A DNA stretch of 24,000 nucleotides from Parendozoicomonas sp. Alg238-R29 (lineage in GTDB: Bacteria > Pseudomonadota > Gammaproteobacteria > Pseudomonadales > Endozoicomonadaceae), in NCBI RefSeq assembly GCF_947331445.1, contig NZ_CAMZOG010000022.1, positions 15,302 through 39,301 of the forward strand. Reading direction: 5' to 3'. The notes under the pieces were generated by a model. It did not search any database and was not told the DNA's origin. It saw only the letters and a list, made by a program, of their open reading frames with translations. Below, piece after piece: positions 1-8,974 of this stretch; positions within the stretch are counted from its first letter, which is position 1, and each line of letters begins with the position of its first letter. Position numbers and translations under genes: made by a program.

Positions 1-90
1 TTGCGCTGCCGCTGTCCATACCAACATACTGGTTAACAGGAGAAGGGGCGAAAACTGTTTGTAGGCAATAGCCGTTAAAGGTGAGTACAT
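1..90 (-). CDS. Possible 5' end of a CDS leaving the window at the left edge (first 30 codons only); product unknown
   Basis: Hand translation of the minus strand. ATG at 90-88 is preceded by GGAG 7 nt upstream (ctgcGGAGtactcgaATG). The frame stays open to position 1: MYSPLTAIAYKQFSPLLLLTSMLVWTAAAQ, with a hydrophobic N-terminus. It is too short for the ORF track or for identification. Confidence 0.25.
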   Translation of the reverse strand, partial: MYSPLTAIAYKQFSPLLLLTSMLVWTAAAQ

Positions 91-322
91 TCGAGTACTC
101 CGCAGTAATTTCTTTGTACTAAGTCCATTTGTGGCTGGATCATACAGTTGTGCTGGGTAAAAGGGAGCCTAACCCTTATTAAAGTGTGAGGTCAGTGGCA
201 AAAATGATAAAGAACTGTTGAATAATAGTCACTATTGAAGATTTGGATTGCCACCTTTTTCATTACAGCAGCGATAGAAGGCTATACAATGCAGATCTTT
301 TCTGTCTGTCTGCTTTATTTAC

Positions 323-1690
323 ATGCAAACCAAGCGTAACCCATCTAATCGTTTCGTCTCCTCCCGCCGAACACGCAGCAGTGCTCGTCGAAGCTCAGGT
401 CCGTTGGAAGTGACTATTGAGTCTCTGACCCATGATGGGCGTGGGGTCGCCAGAGATAAGGGGCGGGTTTTATTTGTGGATCAGGCTGTACCTGGTGATG
501 AAGTGTCAGTTCGTATAACCAGGCAGACAACGAAACTGACAGAGGGAGTGATTGCCAGGGTCATCTCTCCCTCGCCAGATCGGGTGACCCCTCCCTGTCC
601 ATGGTATAGCCAGTGTGGAGGTTGCAATCAGCAGCACATTTCCGGTGCTCGATTGTTGGAAATAAAGCAGGACATTGCACTCGGGCAGTTGAAACGTTTT
701 GCCTCCTGCGAACCCGTAACTCTGGAGAAACCTCTTGAAAGCCCGACCTGGGGTTATCGAACACGTGCTCGACTGGCGGTGCGCTGGTGGAATGGCAAGC
801 TCCACTTTGGTTTTCGAGCGGCAGGCTGCAAAGATATTGTTGCCATTGAACGTTGCGACGTTTTGGTAAAGGAACTTTCTAATCTTTTACCCGTTTTAAG
901 GGCACGTCTTGAACGGAATAAAAACAAACGGGTTGTTTCCCATATAGAGCTTGCTGCAGCGGATAATAGTCATGGTGTGCTGCTCAGAACCGTAGCGCCT
1001 ATGCCAGATGAAGATCGGGAAAGATGGATGGCACTGGCCCAGGAACAGAGTGTGCATCTGTATTTTCAGCCAGAGGCATCAGCTGAGTCACTGATCTGTA
1101 TCCATGCACCCGATGGTTCCGATCGGTTACGCTACAGGCTCCCGGAACAAAATATAACGCTGGAATACCTGCCGGTTGATTTCACCCAGGTCAATCCGCA
1201 CATCAATCGTCAGATGGTGACTCAGGCTTTGGAGTGGCTGGCCCTTGATTCTCAGGATCAGGTGCTGGATCTGTTTTGTGGTATGGGTAATTTCACTTTG
1301 CCTCTTGCTAGCCGCTGTGGTTCGGTTGTAGGGGTGGAAGGCGTTCAGGAGCTGATTGATAGAGGGGAACAGAATGCCCTTCTCAACAGTCTTGATAATA
1401 TAAGTTTCGCCAGAGCTGATCTGGCGGCAGAACCGGGTCAGAGAGCCTGGCTGAAGAATAAATACAGTGCGCTGTTGCTGGATCCGCCCCGTACGGGGGC
1501 GCTGGAAATTCTTCAGTTGATGGCTGACAGTCTGCCGAGCAGGATTCTCTATGTCTCCTGCAATCCGGCTACGCTGGCGCGAGATGCGGGATATTTAAAA
1601 GAACAGGGATTTCGTCTGGAGCGTTTTGGCGTTATGGATATGTTTCCCCAGACAACCCATGTTGAAAGTATGGGTCTATTTATCAGATAA
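323..1690 (+). CDS. rlmD: 23S rRNA (uracil-C5)-methyltransferase RlmD (RumA family)
   Basis: 455-aa ORF. It has a TRAM-like N-terminus (LTHDGRGVAR...FVDQAVPGDEV), a Cys cluster (CPWYSQCGGC) typical of the RumA 4Fe-4S site, a SAM motif (VLDLFCGMGNFTLPLA) and a C-terminal VSCNPATLARD...MFPQTTHVES. The rlmD-relA-mazG order is the same as in E. coli. Confidence 0.9.
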   Translation: MQTKRNPSNRFVSSRRTRSSARRSSGPLEVTIESLTHDGRGVARDKGRVLFVDQAVPGDEVSVRITRQTTKLTEGVIARVISPSPDRVTPPCPWYSQCGGCNQQHISGARLLEIKQDIALGQLKRFASCEPVTLEKPLESPTWGYRTRARLAVRWWNGKLHFGFRAAGCKDIVAIERCDVLVKELSNLLPVLRARLERNKNKRVVSHIELAAADNSHGVLLRTVAPMPDEDRERWMALAQEQSVHLYFQPEASAESLICIHAPDGSDRLRYRLPEQNITLEYLPVDFTQVNPHINRQMVTQALEWLALDSQDQVLDLFCGMGNFTLPLASRCGSVVGVEGVQELIDRGEQNALLNSLDNISFARADLAAEPGQRAWLKNKYSALLLDPPRTGALEILQLMADSLPSRILYVSCNPATLARDAGYLKEQGFRLERFGVMDMFPQTTHVESMGLFIR

Positions 1691-1765
1691 GTGCCCCGGT
1701 GGTTTTGTTTTCAGAGAGGCATTTATAGGGCATGGCTGTTTACCAGAGGTTAAAGTTGAATCCTT

Positions 1766-4024
1766 ATGGTTAAGGTTCGTGATGATCACCCGGTAACCCC
1801 GGATGGTGCAATTGATGTGAATTCCTGGCTGGCGAAGCTGAAAACACTCGTCACTCTCAAGGATGAACAGGCTGTGCTCGATGCCTGTGAAATGGTTCGC
1901 AACGCTGCCACCGCACCAGGCAAGAACAGCGCCTGGTCCCAGCAGCAGAGCCTGCTGGCTATCGGCCTGCAGATGGCCGATATTTTGTCTGAGCTGAAAC
2001 TGGATCAGGCATCTTTGATTGCTGCTGTGCTTTACCGTGCTGTGCGTGAGCATCGATTAAATCTTGATGTGGTAGAAAAGCGGTTCGGACGTGAAGTTTC
2101 AGATTTGATCAAAGGCGTTCTGGGTATGGCTGTTATCAGCTCAATTCAGAACCCTGCTCGTACGCAAGTTCTTGGTCAGCAGCAGGATCAGCTGGAAAAA
2201 GTCCGTAAAATGCTGGTTTCCATTGTCGATGATGTGCGGGTCGCCCTGATCAAGTTGGCGGAAAGAACCTGTGCCATTCGAGCAGTAAAACATGCTGATC
2301 GGGAGCGTCGCCAACGGGTTGGTCGGGAAGTTTTTGAGATTTATGCCCCTCTCGCTCACAGGTTAGGCATCGGTTACATCAAGTGGGAACTGGAAGATCT
2401 GGCGTTCCGCTACCTGAAGCCTCAGGACTATAAAAAGATTGCCCGTTTGCTGGATGAACGGCGTATTGACCGTGAGCAATATATTCAGGACACCATGGGC
2501 AGTATCCGTAATGCTCTGGCAGCGGAAGGTATTCATGCAGAAGTCAGTGGTCGGGTAAAGCATATCTACAGTATCTGGCGGAAGATGAAGCGCAAGGGCG
2601 TAGAATTCCGTGAACTGTACGATATTCGGGCTATGCGGGTGTACGTAGATCAGGTACAGGAGTGTTATGCCGCCTTGGGTATTGTGCATTCTCTCTGGAA
2701 CCACATTCCCAAAGAGTTTGATGATTATATCGCCACACCTAAAGAGAACGGTTACCAGTCTCTTCATACTGCTGTTGTAGGCCCGGAAGGAAAAACTCTT
2801 GAAGTTCAGATTCGTACTCATGCCATGCATGAGGAAGCTGAACTGGGGGTTTGTGCCCACTGGAAATACAAAGGTACAGATATCAAGAATGAGAGCGACA
2901 GCTATGAAGAGAAACTGAACTGGTTGCGTCAGGTTCTGGACTGGCAGGAAGAGATTGGTCAGGGCATGGAAGGCCTGGCGGATCAGTGGCGTCTGGATGT
3001 CGAGCCGGATCGGGTTTATGTATTTACCCGCGATGGTCATGTAGTCGACCTGCCCGTTGGTGCAACTCCGGTTGATTTTGCCTACCGGGTGCATACCGAA
3101 GTGGGCAATAAGTGTCGTGGAGCCAAAGTAGCCGGGCGAATTGTTCCCCTGAACAGTACGTTGAAAACTGGCGATCAGGTTGAAATTCTTACCGCGTCCA
3201 ATGCTGTTCCCAGCCGTGACTGGTTGAACTCAAATCTCGGTTATGTTGGTACCAGCCGTGCTCGGGCAAAAATTGTCAGTTGGTTCCGCCGTCAGGATCG
3301 TGATTCCAATATTTCTGCCGGTCGCGGTATGCTGGAATCCGAGTTGAAGCGGATGGGTATTGTTGGGGTTGATTACGAAAAGCTGGCTGACTCCATCAAA
3401 CTTCAGGACGAGGATGAGTTGTTTGCCAAAGTGGGGGCCGGTGATCTTCGTACCCTGCAGGTTGTACATGCCGCCCAGCGACTGGTAGAGCCGGAAAAAG
3501 AGACCGAACCCTTTACCTTTAAGCCACGCCCGGCCACAGCCCATTCTCACAGCGACAGTGATGTCGTTGTCGAAGGCGTTGGTAATTTGATGACCCAGAT
3601 GGCCAAGTGCTGCCAGCCTGTACCCGGTGATCCAATTATTGGTTACATCACCATTGGTCGTGGCGTGTCAGTTCACAGAACCGACTGCACCAACGCTTTG
3701 CAGCTGCGGGAGCAGGAACCTGATCGGGTGATTGAAGTGAGCTGGGGGCGAGAGCATGAATCAACATATCCCGTGCGGATTATTATTGATGCTTATGATC
3801 GCGCCGGGCTATTGCGTGATATTACTATCGTGATTGCCAATGAGAGGGTGAATGTGACAGACATGAGTACCCACACCAATCCTGCGGATAATATGGCCAA
3901 AATGTCGTTTGTGGTAGAAATTTCCAGTCTGGAAACCCTTGGCAAGGTGCTGGCTAAAATTAACCAGTTACCCAATGTTCTTGATGCTCACCGGGATCAC
4001 AAATCCCTGAAAACCCCTGCCTGA
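1766..4024 (+). CDS. relA: GTP pyrophosphokinase RelA ((p)ppGpp synthetase I)
   Basis: 752-aa ORF. The N-terminus MVKVRDDH parallels E. coli RelA MVAVRSAH. Synthetase-domain motifs are present (HIYSIWRKM, YQSLHTAV, EVQIRTHAMHEEAELGVCAHWKYK), as are a TGS region (VYVFTRDGHVVDLPVGATPVDFAY), CCQPVPGD and an ACT-like C-terminus. Confidence 0.95.
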   Translation: MVKVRDDHPVTPDGAIDVNSWLAKLKTLVTLKDEQAVLDACEMVRNAATAPGKNSAWSQQQSLLAIGLQMADILSELKLDQASLIAAVLYRAVREHRLNLDVVEKRFGREVSDLIKGVLGMAVISSIQNPARTQVLGQQQDQLEKVRKMLVSIVDDVRVALIKLAERTCAIRAVKHADRERRQRVGREVFEIYAPLAHRLGIGYIKWELEDLAFRYLKPQDYKKIARLLDERRIDREQYIQDTMGSIRNALAAEGIHAEVSGRVKHIYSIWRKMKRKGVEFRELYDIRAMRVYVDQVQECYAALGIVHSLWNHIPKEFDDYIATPKENGYQSLHTAVVGPEGKTLEVQIRTHAMHEEAELGVCAHWKYKGTDIKNESDSYEEKLNWLRQVLDWQEEIGQGMEGLADQWRLDVEPDRVYVFTRDGHVVDLPVGATPVDFAYRVHTEVGNKCRGAKVAGRIVPLNSTLKTGDQVEILTASNAVPSRDWLNSNLGYVGTSRARAKIVSWFRRQDRDSNISAGRGMLESELKRMGIVGVDYEKLADSIKLQDEDELFAKVGAGDLRTLQVVHAAQRLVEPEKETEPFTFKPRPATAHSHSDSDVVVEGVGNLMTQMAKCCQPVPGDPIIGYITIGRGVSVHRTDCTNALQLREQEPDRVIEVSWGREHESTYPVRIIIDAYDRAGLLRDITIVIANERVNVTDMSTHTNPADNMAKMSFVVEISSLETLGKVLAKINQLPNVLDAHRDHKSLKTPA

Positions 4025-4031
4025 TCGATTT

Positions 4032-4067
4032 GATAGTCGCTGGTTATATTCATAATCGGCGACTATC
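4032..4067 (+). promoter_or_regulatory. Perfect 9-bp inverted repeat (stem-loop) in the relA-mazG spacer
   Basis: GATAGTCGC (4032-4040) and GCGACTATC (4059-4067) are exact reverse complements separated by an 18-nt AT-rich loop. They lie between the relA stop (4024) and the mazG ATG (4082). The function (processing site, attenuator or protein site) is not established. Confidence 0.45.
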
Positions 4068-4081
4068 GCTACAATCTTCTG

Positions 4082-4900
4082 ATGAAAAACACTGATGACT
4101 ACACACTGGATGACCTGTTGCAGGTTATGGCGCGTCTGCGTGATCCGAAAACAGGTTGCCCCTGGGATAAAGAGCAGACCTTTCGCTCTATTGCTCCCTA
4201 TACTCTTGAGGAAGCTTACGAAGTTGTTGATGCCATAGAGCGGGGTGACCTTGTTCATTTGGAAGAAGAATTGGGCGATTTGCTGTTTCAGGTGGTTTAT
4301 CACGCCCGTATGGCTGAAGAGCAAAGGGCTTTTGATTTTTCCCGGGTCGTACAGGTGTTGATTGAAAAGCTTGTGCGACGTCACCCGCATATTTTCCCCG
4401 AGGGTTCGCTTGAGGAATCACAGCAAAGCAGTAACCTTTCTTCGGAAGATGTCCGAGAAAACTGGCAACAAATCAAATCCAGTGAAAAGCCAGAGAGTCA
4501 AGATAAGTCATTACTGGACAGTGTTCCGATCAATCTTCCCGCACTTGTTATTGCCCAAAAGCTTCAGGATAAAGCGGCCAGAGTCAATTTTGACTGGCCA
4601 GATGTTCGCCCGGTTCTCGATAAGATAAAAGAGGAAATAGCTGAGATTGAAGAAGCTATTGACCTGGGCGATCAAAAAGCAGTCGCTTCTGAAGTGGGAG
4701 ATTTCCTTTTTGCTGCAACCAATCTTGCCCGCCATCTCAAAGTTGATGCGGAACAGTCAGTGCGGGGCTGCAATCAAAAATTTCGAGCCCGCTTTGCTTT
4801 TATCGAAGAACAGGTAAAAGCCCTAGGTTTGAAGATGGAGGAGTGTTCTCTGGAGCAATTGGACCAGTTTTGGGATTTGGCTAAGAAGAATAGCCTTTAA
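4082..4900 (+). CDS. mazG: Nucleoside triphosphate pyrophosphohydrolase MazG
   Basis: 272-aa ORF with tandem MazG domains. Motifs include LRDPKTGCPWDKEQTFRSIAPYTLEEAYEV, EELGDLLFQVV, RRHPHIF and a second EVGDFLFAATNLARHL. It sits immediately downstream of relA, as in enterobacteria. Confidence 0.93.
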   Translation: MKNTDDYTLDDLLQVMARLRDPKTGCPWDKEQTFRSIAPYTLEEAYEVVDAIERGDLVHLEEELGDLLFQVVYHARMAEEQRAFDFSRVVQVLIEKLVRRHPHIFPEGSLEESQQSSNLSSEDVRENWQQIKSSEKPESQDKSLLDSVPINLPALVIAQKLQDKAARVNFDWPDVRPVLDKIKEEIAEIEEAIDLGDQKAVASEVGDFLFAATNLARHLKVDAEQSVRGCNQKFRARFAFIEEQVKALGLKMEECSLEQLDQFWDLAKKNSL

Positions 4901-5195
4901 CTACCATTTTTATCGGTATTAATGGCGTGTCGTATGGCAGTTTTAATGTGTGGTGTGTCTGCTTTTTGCAGTTTTTACGTAAAGCCCCTTTTTAATTCTC
5001 CAAAAACAAGGCATTTCTTGGCTTGAGACAATGTTTTTGTTTGTGCCTAGTTCAGTATGGAGCCCGCAATAGAACTTTGGTGCTTTATCTGAGTGAGCTG
5101 TACACACCTTAATAAGTCTAAATGTCACAGGTAGGCAACATGGAGCAAGCAGCCAGAAAATTAAGTGCAGTGATGGAATAAGAAGGGCAGTACCT

Positions 5196-6131
5196 ATGTT
5201 GGAGAATTTCGGATCTTACCTGAAAAATCGGCGCAAGGAAGCCGGCCTGACACAGGATCGGCTGGCCATGGCTTTGTCATGTTACTCCTCGGTGTTATCC
5301 GGGATTGATTCGGTCACAATCAGTCGTTGGGAAAGGGCAACCACTGAGCCGACAGGAGAACGGCAACGTCAGGTGATTGCTTATTTTCATGATGATGTAG
5401 AGAAAATTTTTCCATTCCGTTCCAGTCGGTCACAGATCCTGACACCAGATCAGTCTATGGAATATTTAACTCGTCATTACCTTAATTCTCCCAAACTGGG
5501 ACACAAGATAGGTACCTTTCCTGAATTGGAGGGCTGCCAGTACCGGTTGCAAAAATTAACCGCTGATCCGGAGCACCATCGCTTTCTGGATATGATCATC
5601 GAATATGATGATGCGATCTATGAAAGTGCGGTACCAACAGACAGAGATCGTATGGCAGGATGGATCAACCGTTGCAACCGATTAAGTCTTGTGTGCTGCA
5701 AGTATTCACACTATTTTGGCCACGTGATTGCACTTCCTTTGAAAGAAGAGATTTTCTGGCAGTTAATACAGGGGAAACGGGAAGAGGCCTCCATATCTCA
5801 AGATGACATTGTTGCAACCCATGAGCCGCACTGTCTTTATATCTACTCTTTGTACGGTGCAAGCCGTCTGGCAGCTGGCCGGTTGATTATGGAAATCATC
5901 TGCTATCTGGGGCGTCATTACGATCATGTGAATTATATCGGTGGACTGTGCGCGACCAGTGATGGTACCCGTCTGGCTCGGTCGTTCCATCTGGAGCCTT
6001 ATGAAGTGGGCCCTTCCACTCCCCGTGGTGCGGTGCGTTATCAAGGGCGGGAAGTGAAATTTGTGACTTACGCCGCGCAGCTGGCCCATATTCTGGAAGA
6101 TCCAGGTCTGCGTAAATTACTTCCATCCTGA
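5196..6131 (+). CDS. XRE/Cro-type helix-turn-helix protein fused to an unassigned ~240-aa C-terminal domain
   Basis: 311-aa ORF. AAGAAGGG lies 8 nt upstream of the ATG. The N-terminus (LKNRRKEAGLTQDRLAMAL...VTISRWERATTEP) is a recognisable XRE HTH. I cannot assign the remainder to a family. A strong terminator hairpin follows. Confidence 0.75.
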   Translation: MLENFGSYLKNRRKEAGLTQDRLAMALSCYSSVLSGIDSVTISRWERATTEPTGERQRQVIAYFHDDVEKIFPFRSSRSQILTPDQSMEYLTRHYLNSPKLGHKIGTFPELEGCQYRLQKLTADPEHHRFLDMIIEYDDAIYESAVPTDRDRMAGWINRCNRLSLVCCKYSHYFGHVIALPLKEEIFWQLIQGKREEASISQDDIVATHEPHCLYIYSLYGASRLAAGRLIMEIICYLGRHYDHVNYIGGLCATSDGTRLARSFHLEPYEVGPSTPRGAVRYQGREVKFVTYAAQLAHILEDPGLRKLLPS

Positions 6132-6145
6132 TGGTTAATGAAAAG

Positions 6146-6175
6146 AACCGGTAACAGCTTTTTGTTACCGGTTTT
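6146..6175. terminator. Bidirectional rho-independent terminator between convergent genes
   Basis: An 11-bp perfect stem pairs AACCGGTAACA (6146-6156) with TGTTACCGGTT (6163-6173), with loop GCTTTT. It is followed by TT on the + strand and preceded by AAAAG, which gives a U-run for the minus strand. It sits between the stop of 5196..6131 (+) and the stop of trmJ (-). Confidence 0.7.
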
Positions 6176-6182
6176 CTGTATG

Positions 6183-6923
6183 TCACTCGTTCTCTGCTTT
6201 GACCGCTGCATTCTGTCGAATACGGCTAAGTATACCCCTTAAAATATTCATCTCTTCCTGCTCTGGCCGGGCTCGGTTAAAGAGTCGGCGCAGCCTGGTC
6301 ATAATCTTGCCCGGATGCTGTCGGATAATAAAATTGATATCGCCCAGTGCCAGTTCCAACTGTTTATAAAACAGCTCCATCTGTTGGGTGTCTGGATAGG
6401 GAACCTGTTCCTCGTTTGTGACTTCACGACCTGATTGCTCAATGCCCGCCTGACGAATTTCATAACAAAGAATCTGGATAGCGGAAGCCACATTCAGAAC
6501 AGGGTAATCCGGATTGGCATCAATGGAGACATGGAAGTGACACTGTTGCAGCTCGTCATTGGTCATGCCTGATGTTTCCTGGCCAAATACCAAAGCCACT
6601 TCTCCGGTGCGGGCTTCATTCACCAGTTTTTCACCGCACTGGCGGCTGGTCAGCATCGGCCAGGGAAAGCTACGGCTGCGGGCAGAGGTACCTAGAACCA
6701 GATTGCAACCATCAATGGCTTCTTCCAGGGAGTTAACGACTTCAACCTTGTCCAACATATCAGCGGCACCGGCTGCCATTGTTTCTGCATCGTTATGGGG
6801 CCACTGGTTGGGCTTAACCAGAACCAGACGGGAAAGCCCCATGGTTTTCATAGCTCGCAGTGCAGAACCAATATTGCCGGGGTGCCAGGTTCGAAGCATG
6901 ACGATACGGATGGAATCAAGCAT
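6183..6923 (-). CDS. trmJ: tRNA (cytidine/uridine-2'-O)-methyltransferase TrmJ (SpoU/TrmH class)
   Basis: 246-aa ORF. It runs close to colinear with E. coli TrmJ as I remember it: MLDSIRIVMLRTWHPGNIGSALRAMKTMGL, LVLGTSARSRSFPWPML, ALVFGQETSGMTNDELQQCHFHVSI, LNVASAIQILCYE, RLRRLFNRARPEQEEMNILRGIL. Confidence 0.9.
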   Translation of the reverse strand: MLDSIRIVMLRTWHPGNIGSALRAMKTMGLSRLVLVKPNQWPHNDAETMAAGAADMLDKVEVVNSLEEAIDGCNLVLGTSARSRSFPWPMLTSRQCGEKLVNEARTGEVALVFGQETSGMTNDELQQCHFHVSIDANPDYPVLNVASAIQILCYEIRQAGIEQSGREVTNEEQVPYPDTQQMELFYKQLELALGDINFIIRQHPGKIMTRLRRLFNRARPEQEEMNILRGILSRIRQNAAVKAENE

Positions 6924-7126
6924 GGGAGAATCACAGGATCAATGAAATGCCGGGATTATATCGTGAAAGTGGCTGGCCTGTGATCAGGCAGGGAGCCCTA
7001 TTGCCAGTATCTCGGGATACAACAGGTTGTGATTTAGGTTTTTGCGCCGGTAAGCTGGGTTGATTGGTGTTTGGTGCGTACAATACTTGGCTGTTTTTTC
7101 ATGTTAACAACTAAGTGTGGTAGTGA

Positions 7127-8974
7127 ATGCACAAGGATCGGGAACAGGTATTGCAGTCCTGGCTCCAGCTCCGTCAGGCAGCAGTTCGGTCTCTTATTGG
7201 GCGAACTGTCGCTTTTGGATTTGGTCAGTATGTTTTTGTTGTTTGTCAGGCCGCTCTGCTGGCTTGGATTATTGATCAGGCAGTGATGAGTAGTGCTGCC
7301 GTTTCAGAACTTATTACTCCCTTTATTTTATTAATTGTTAGTGCTTCAGGACGGGCTGTGTGTGCTCGCGGGCGGGAACTGGCAGGCCAGAAAGCTGGTG
7401 CCGAGCTCAGGCAGAAGTTACGTGGTGAAATTCTTGATAAGGTTTCAGCAACTGGGCCAGCCATTCTGGCAGATAAACAGGCCGGCAGCTGGCTGACTCT
7501 GCTGATGGAACAGGTGGATAAACTCCATGATTATTATGGCCGTTACCTCCCGCAGATGAAGCTTGTGCGCATGTTGCCGGTTATGACGGTTTTGCTGGTA
7601 TTTCCGTTCAGCTGGGCGGTGGCGGTTATTCTTCTGCTGACTGCACCACTGATTGTTGTGTTTATGATTTTTGTGGGCAATCGGGCTGCGGCGGCCAGCC
7701 AGAGAAATGTTCAGGCATTGTCCCGGTTAAGTGGCCACTTTCTGGACCGGCTGCAGGGGCTTTCCACCCTGAAACTGTTTGATCAAAGTCAGAAGGAAAA
7801 GCAGGCTATCGCTTCTGCTGCGGAATCGTTTCGGGAAAAGACTATGCAGGTGCTGAGGCTGGCATTTCTTTCCTCGACGGTACTGGAATTCTTTACTGCC
7901 ATATCGATTGCCATGACTGCTGTATATCTCGGTATGAACTATCTCGGTTACATGGATTTTGGTATATGGGGAGAACAGCTAACCCTGTTTACTGGGCTGT
8001 TTCTGCTGTTGCTGGCGCCGGAGTATTACCTTCCCTTGCGGGAGTTGGGCACTCATTACCATGCCAAGGCAGATGCCATTGGTGCGGCTGACGATATTGA
8101 GGCATTCCTGAATCAGAAGTCATCTCTTGAGCATGCCGGTGTAACCGCCTGCCCTGAGCAGACGGCTGCCAGTATTGCCTTTCAGAATGTCTCAGTAGTC
8201 ACGGCGAGCGGTCGCCGTATTCTCGATAATGTGTCTTTTGATGTGTCTACAGGTGAACGATTGGCCATTATTGGCGAATCCGGAGCGGGTAAAACCACGC
8301 TTCTCAATGTGCTTCTTGGGTTTATGCCCTATGAGGGCGCAGTACTTATTAACGGCATTTCACTGAAAGAACTGGCGATTGATAGTTGGCGCCAGCAGGT
8401 TTCGTGGCTGGGGCAGAACCCGCAGCTGTTCCATGGTTCTTTACGGGAAAATATTACACTGGCCGACCCTGATGCCAGTGAAGCCCGCATCGAACAAATC
8501 GTAAAGTCAGCCCATATCCATGAGTTTTTGGAGCGATTACCCGGCGGTTTAAATAGCCCGATTGGTGATGCTTCAGCCGGACTTTCCGTGGGACAGGCTC
8601 AGCGCGTTGCACTGGCACGGGCATTACTGAAATCTTTTCAGTTGCTGATTCTTGATGAGCCAACCGCAAGCCTTGATTCCCATAGCGCCGGAATTGTCAG
8701 TAACGCTGTGGATCAGGCGGCATCAGGACGAACCATCGTGACTGTCAGTCACCGACCTGAAAGTCTGACTCATGTGGATCGGATTCTCATGATGAAAAGC
8801 GGCAGGGTCGCTGCATTCGGTTCAAAAGCAGAATTGCTTGAAAGTAGCCCGGATTTTCAGGAATTGAATGAATACTGGCAACAGTTGTCCAGACTGGAAA
8901 AGGGCGAGCTGGACGTTGGTGAACTGGGCGTTGGTGAGCTGGGCATTGATGAACAGGAGATAGCCCATGTCTAA
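7127..8974 (+). CDS. cydD: Cysteine/glutathione ABC exporter subunit CydD (cytochrome bd assembly)
   Basis: 615-aa ORF with a CydD-like TMD (GSWLTLLMEQVDKLHDYYGRYLPQM, LSGHFLDRLQGLSTLKLF, LRLAFLSSTVLEFF, YHAKADAIGAAD). The NBD has Walker A GESGAGKTT, signature LSVGQAQR, Walker B LLILDEPTASLD and H-loop VSHR. Its stop overlaps the cydC start by 8 nt. Confidence 0.92.
   Translation: MHKDREQVLQSWLQLRQAAVRSLIGRTVAFGFGQYVFVVCQAALLAWIIDQAVMSSAAVSELITPFILLIVSASGRAVCARGRELAGQKAGAELRQKLRGEILDKVSATGPAILADKQAGSWLTLLMEQVDKLHDYYGRYLPQMKLVRMLPVMTVLLVFPFSWAVAVILLLTAPLIVVFMIFVGNRAAAASQRNVQALSRLSGHFLDRLQGLSTLKLFDQSQKEKQAIASAAESFREKTMQVLRLAFLSSTVLEFFTAISIAMTAVYLGMNYLGYMDFGIWGEQLTLFTGLFLLLLAPEYYLPLRELGTHYHAKADAIGAADDIEAFLNQKSSLEHAGVTACPEQTAASIAFQNVSVVTASGRRILDNVSFDVSTGERLAIIGESGAGKTTLLNVLLGFMPYEGAVLINGISLKELAIDSWRQQVSWLGQNPQLFHGSLRENITLADPDASEARIEQIVKSAHIHEFLERLPGGLNSPIGDASAGLSVGQAQRVALARALLKSFQLLILDEPTASLDSHSAGIVSNAVDQAASGRTIVTVSHRPESLTHVDRILMMKSGRVAAFGSKAELLESSPDFQELNEYWQQLSRLEKGELDVGELGVGELGIDEQEIAHV
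8903..8947 (+). repeat. In-frame 15-bp tandem repeat x3 (plus a degenerate 4th unit to 8962) encoding GELDV-GELGV-GELGI in the CydD C-terminal tail
   Basis: The units are ggcgagctggacgtt, ggtgaactgggcgtt and ggtgagctgggcatt, read directly. They lie in a ~25-aa acidic extension beyond where E. coli CydD ends. Confidence 0.8.

Noticed and set aside
2363-3094. 243-aa ORF antisense to relA, plus other antisense ORFs at 1676-2053, 3230-3550 and 3968-4390
   Set aside because: They lie entirely inside strongly supported, conserved genes on the opposite strand. They have low-complexity, unrecognisable translations and no SD. They are typical shadow ORFs.
4070-4082. TACAAT hexamer 6 nt before the mazG ATG, suggesting a leaderless mazG transcript
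   Set aside because: There is no acceptable -35 element at 16-18 bp spacing. Co-transcription with relA is the simpler explanation.
5031-5047. Recurring ATGTTTTTGT...TGCC motif in three intergenic regions (5031-5047, 13169-13186, 14859-14882)
   Set aside because: The exact shared core is only 10 nt. Matches of that length are expected many times by chance in 24 kb of T-rich intergenic DNA, and there is no consistent position relative to genes.
4943-5128. 61-aa minus-strand ORF in the mazG-HTH spacer
   Set aside because: It has no SD, no recognisable features and an AT-rich, promoter-like context.
5140-5181. 13-codon upstream ORF (MEQAARKLSAVME) ending 14 nt before the HTH gene start
   Set aside because: It has an AGGTAGG-like SD, but an ORF this short is expected by chance. 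There is no supporting attenuator structure.
7060-7084. TTGATT ... TACAAT as a sigma70 promoter for cydD
   Set aside because: The spacer is only 13 nt, far from the 16-18 nt optimum, so this is not a supportable promoter call.
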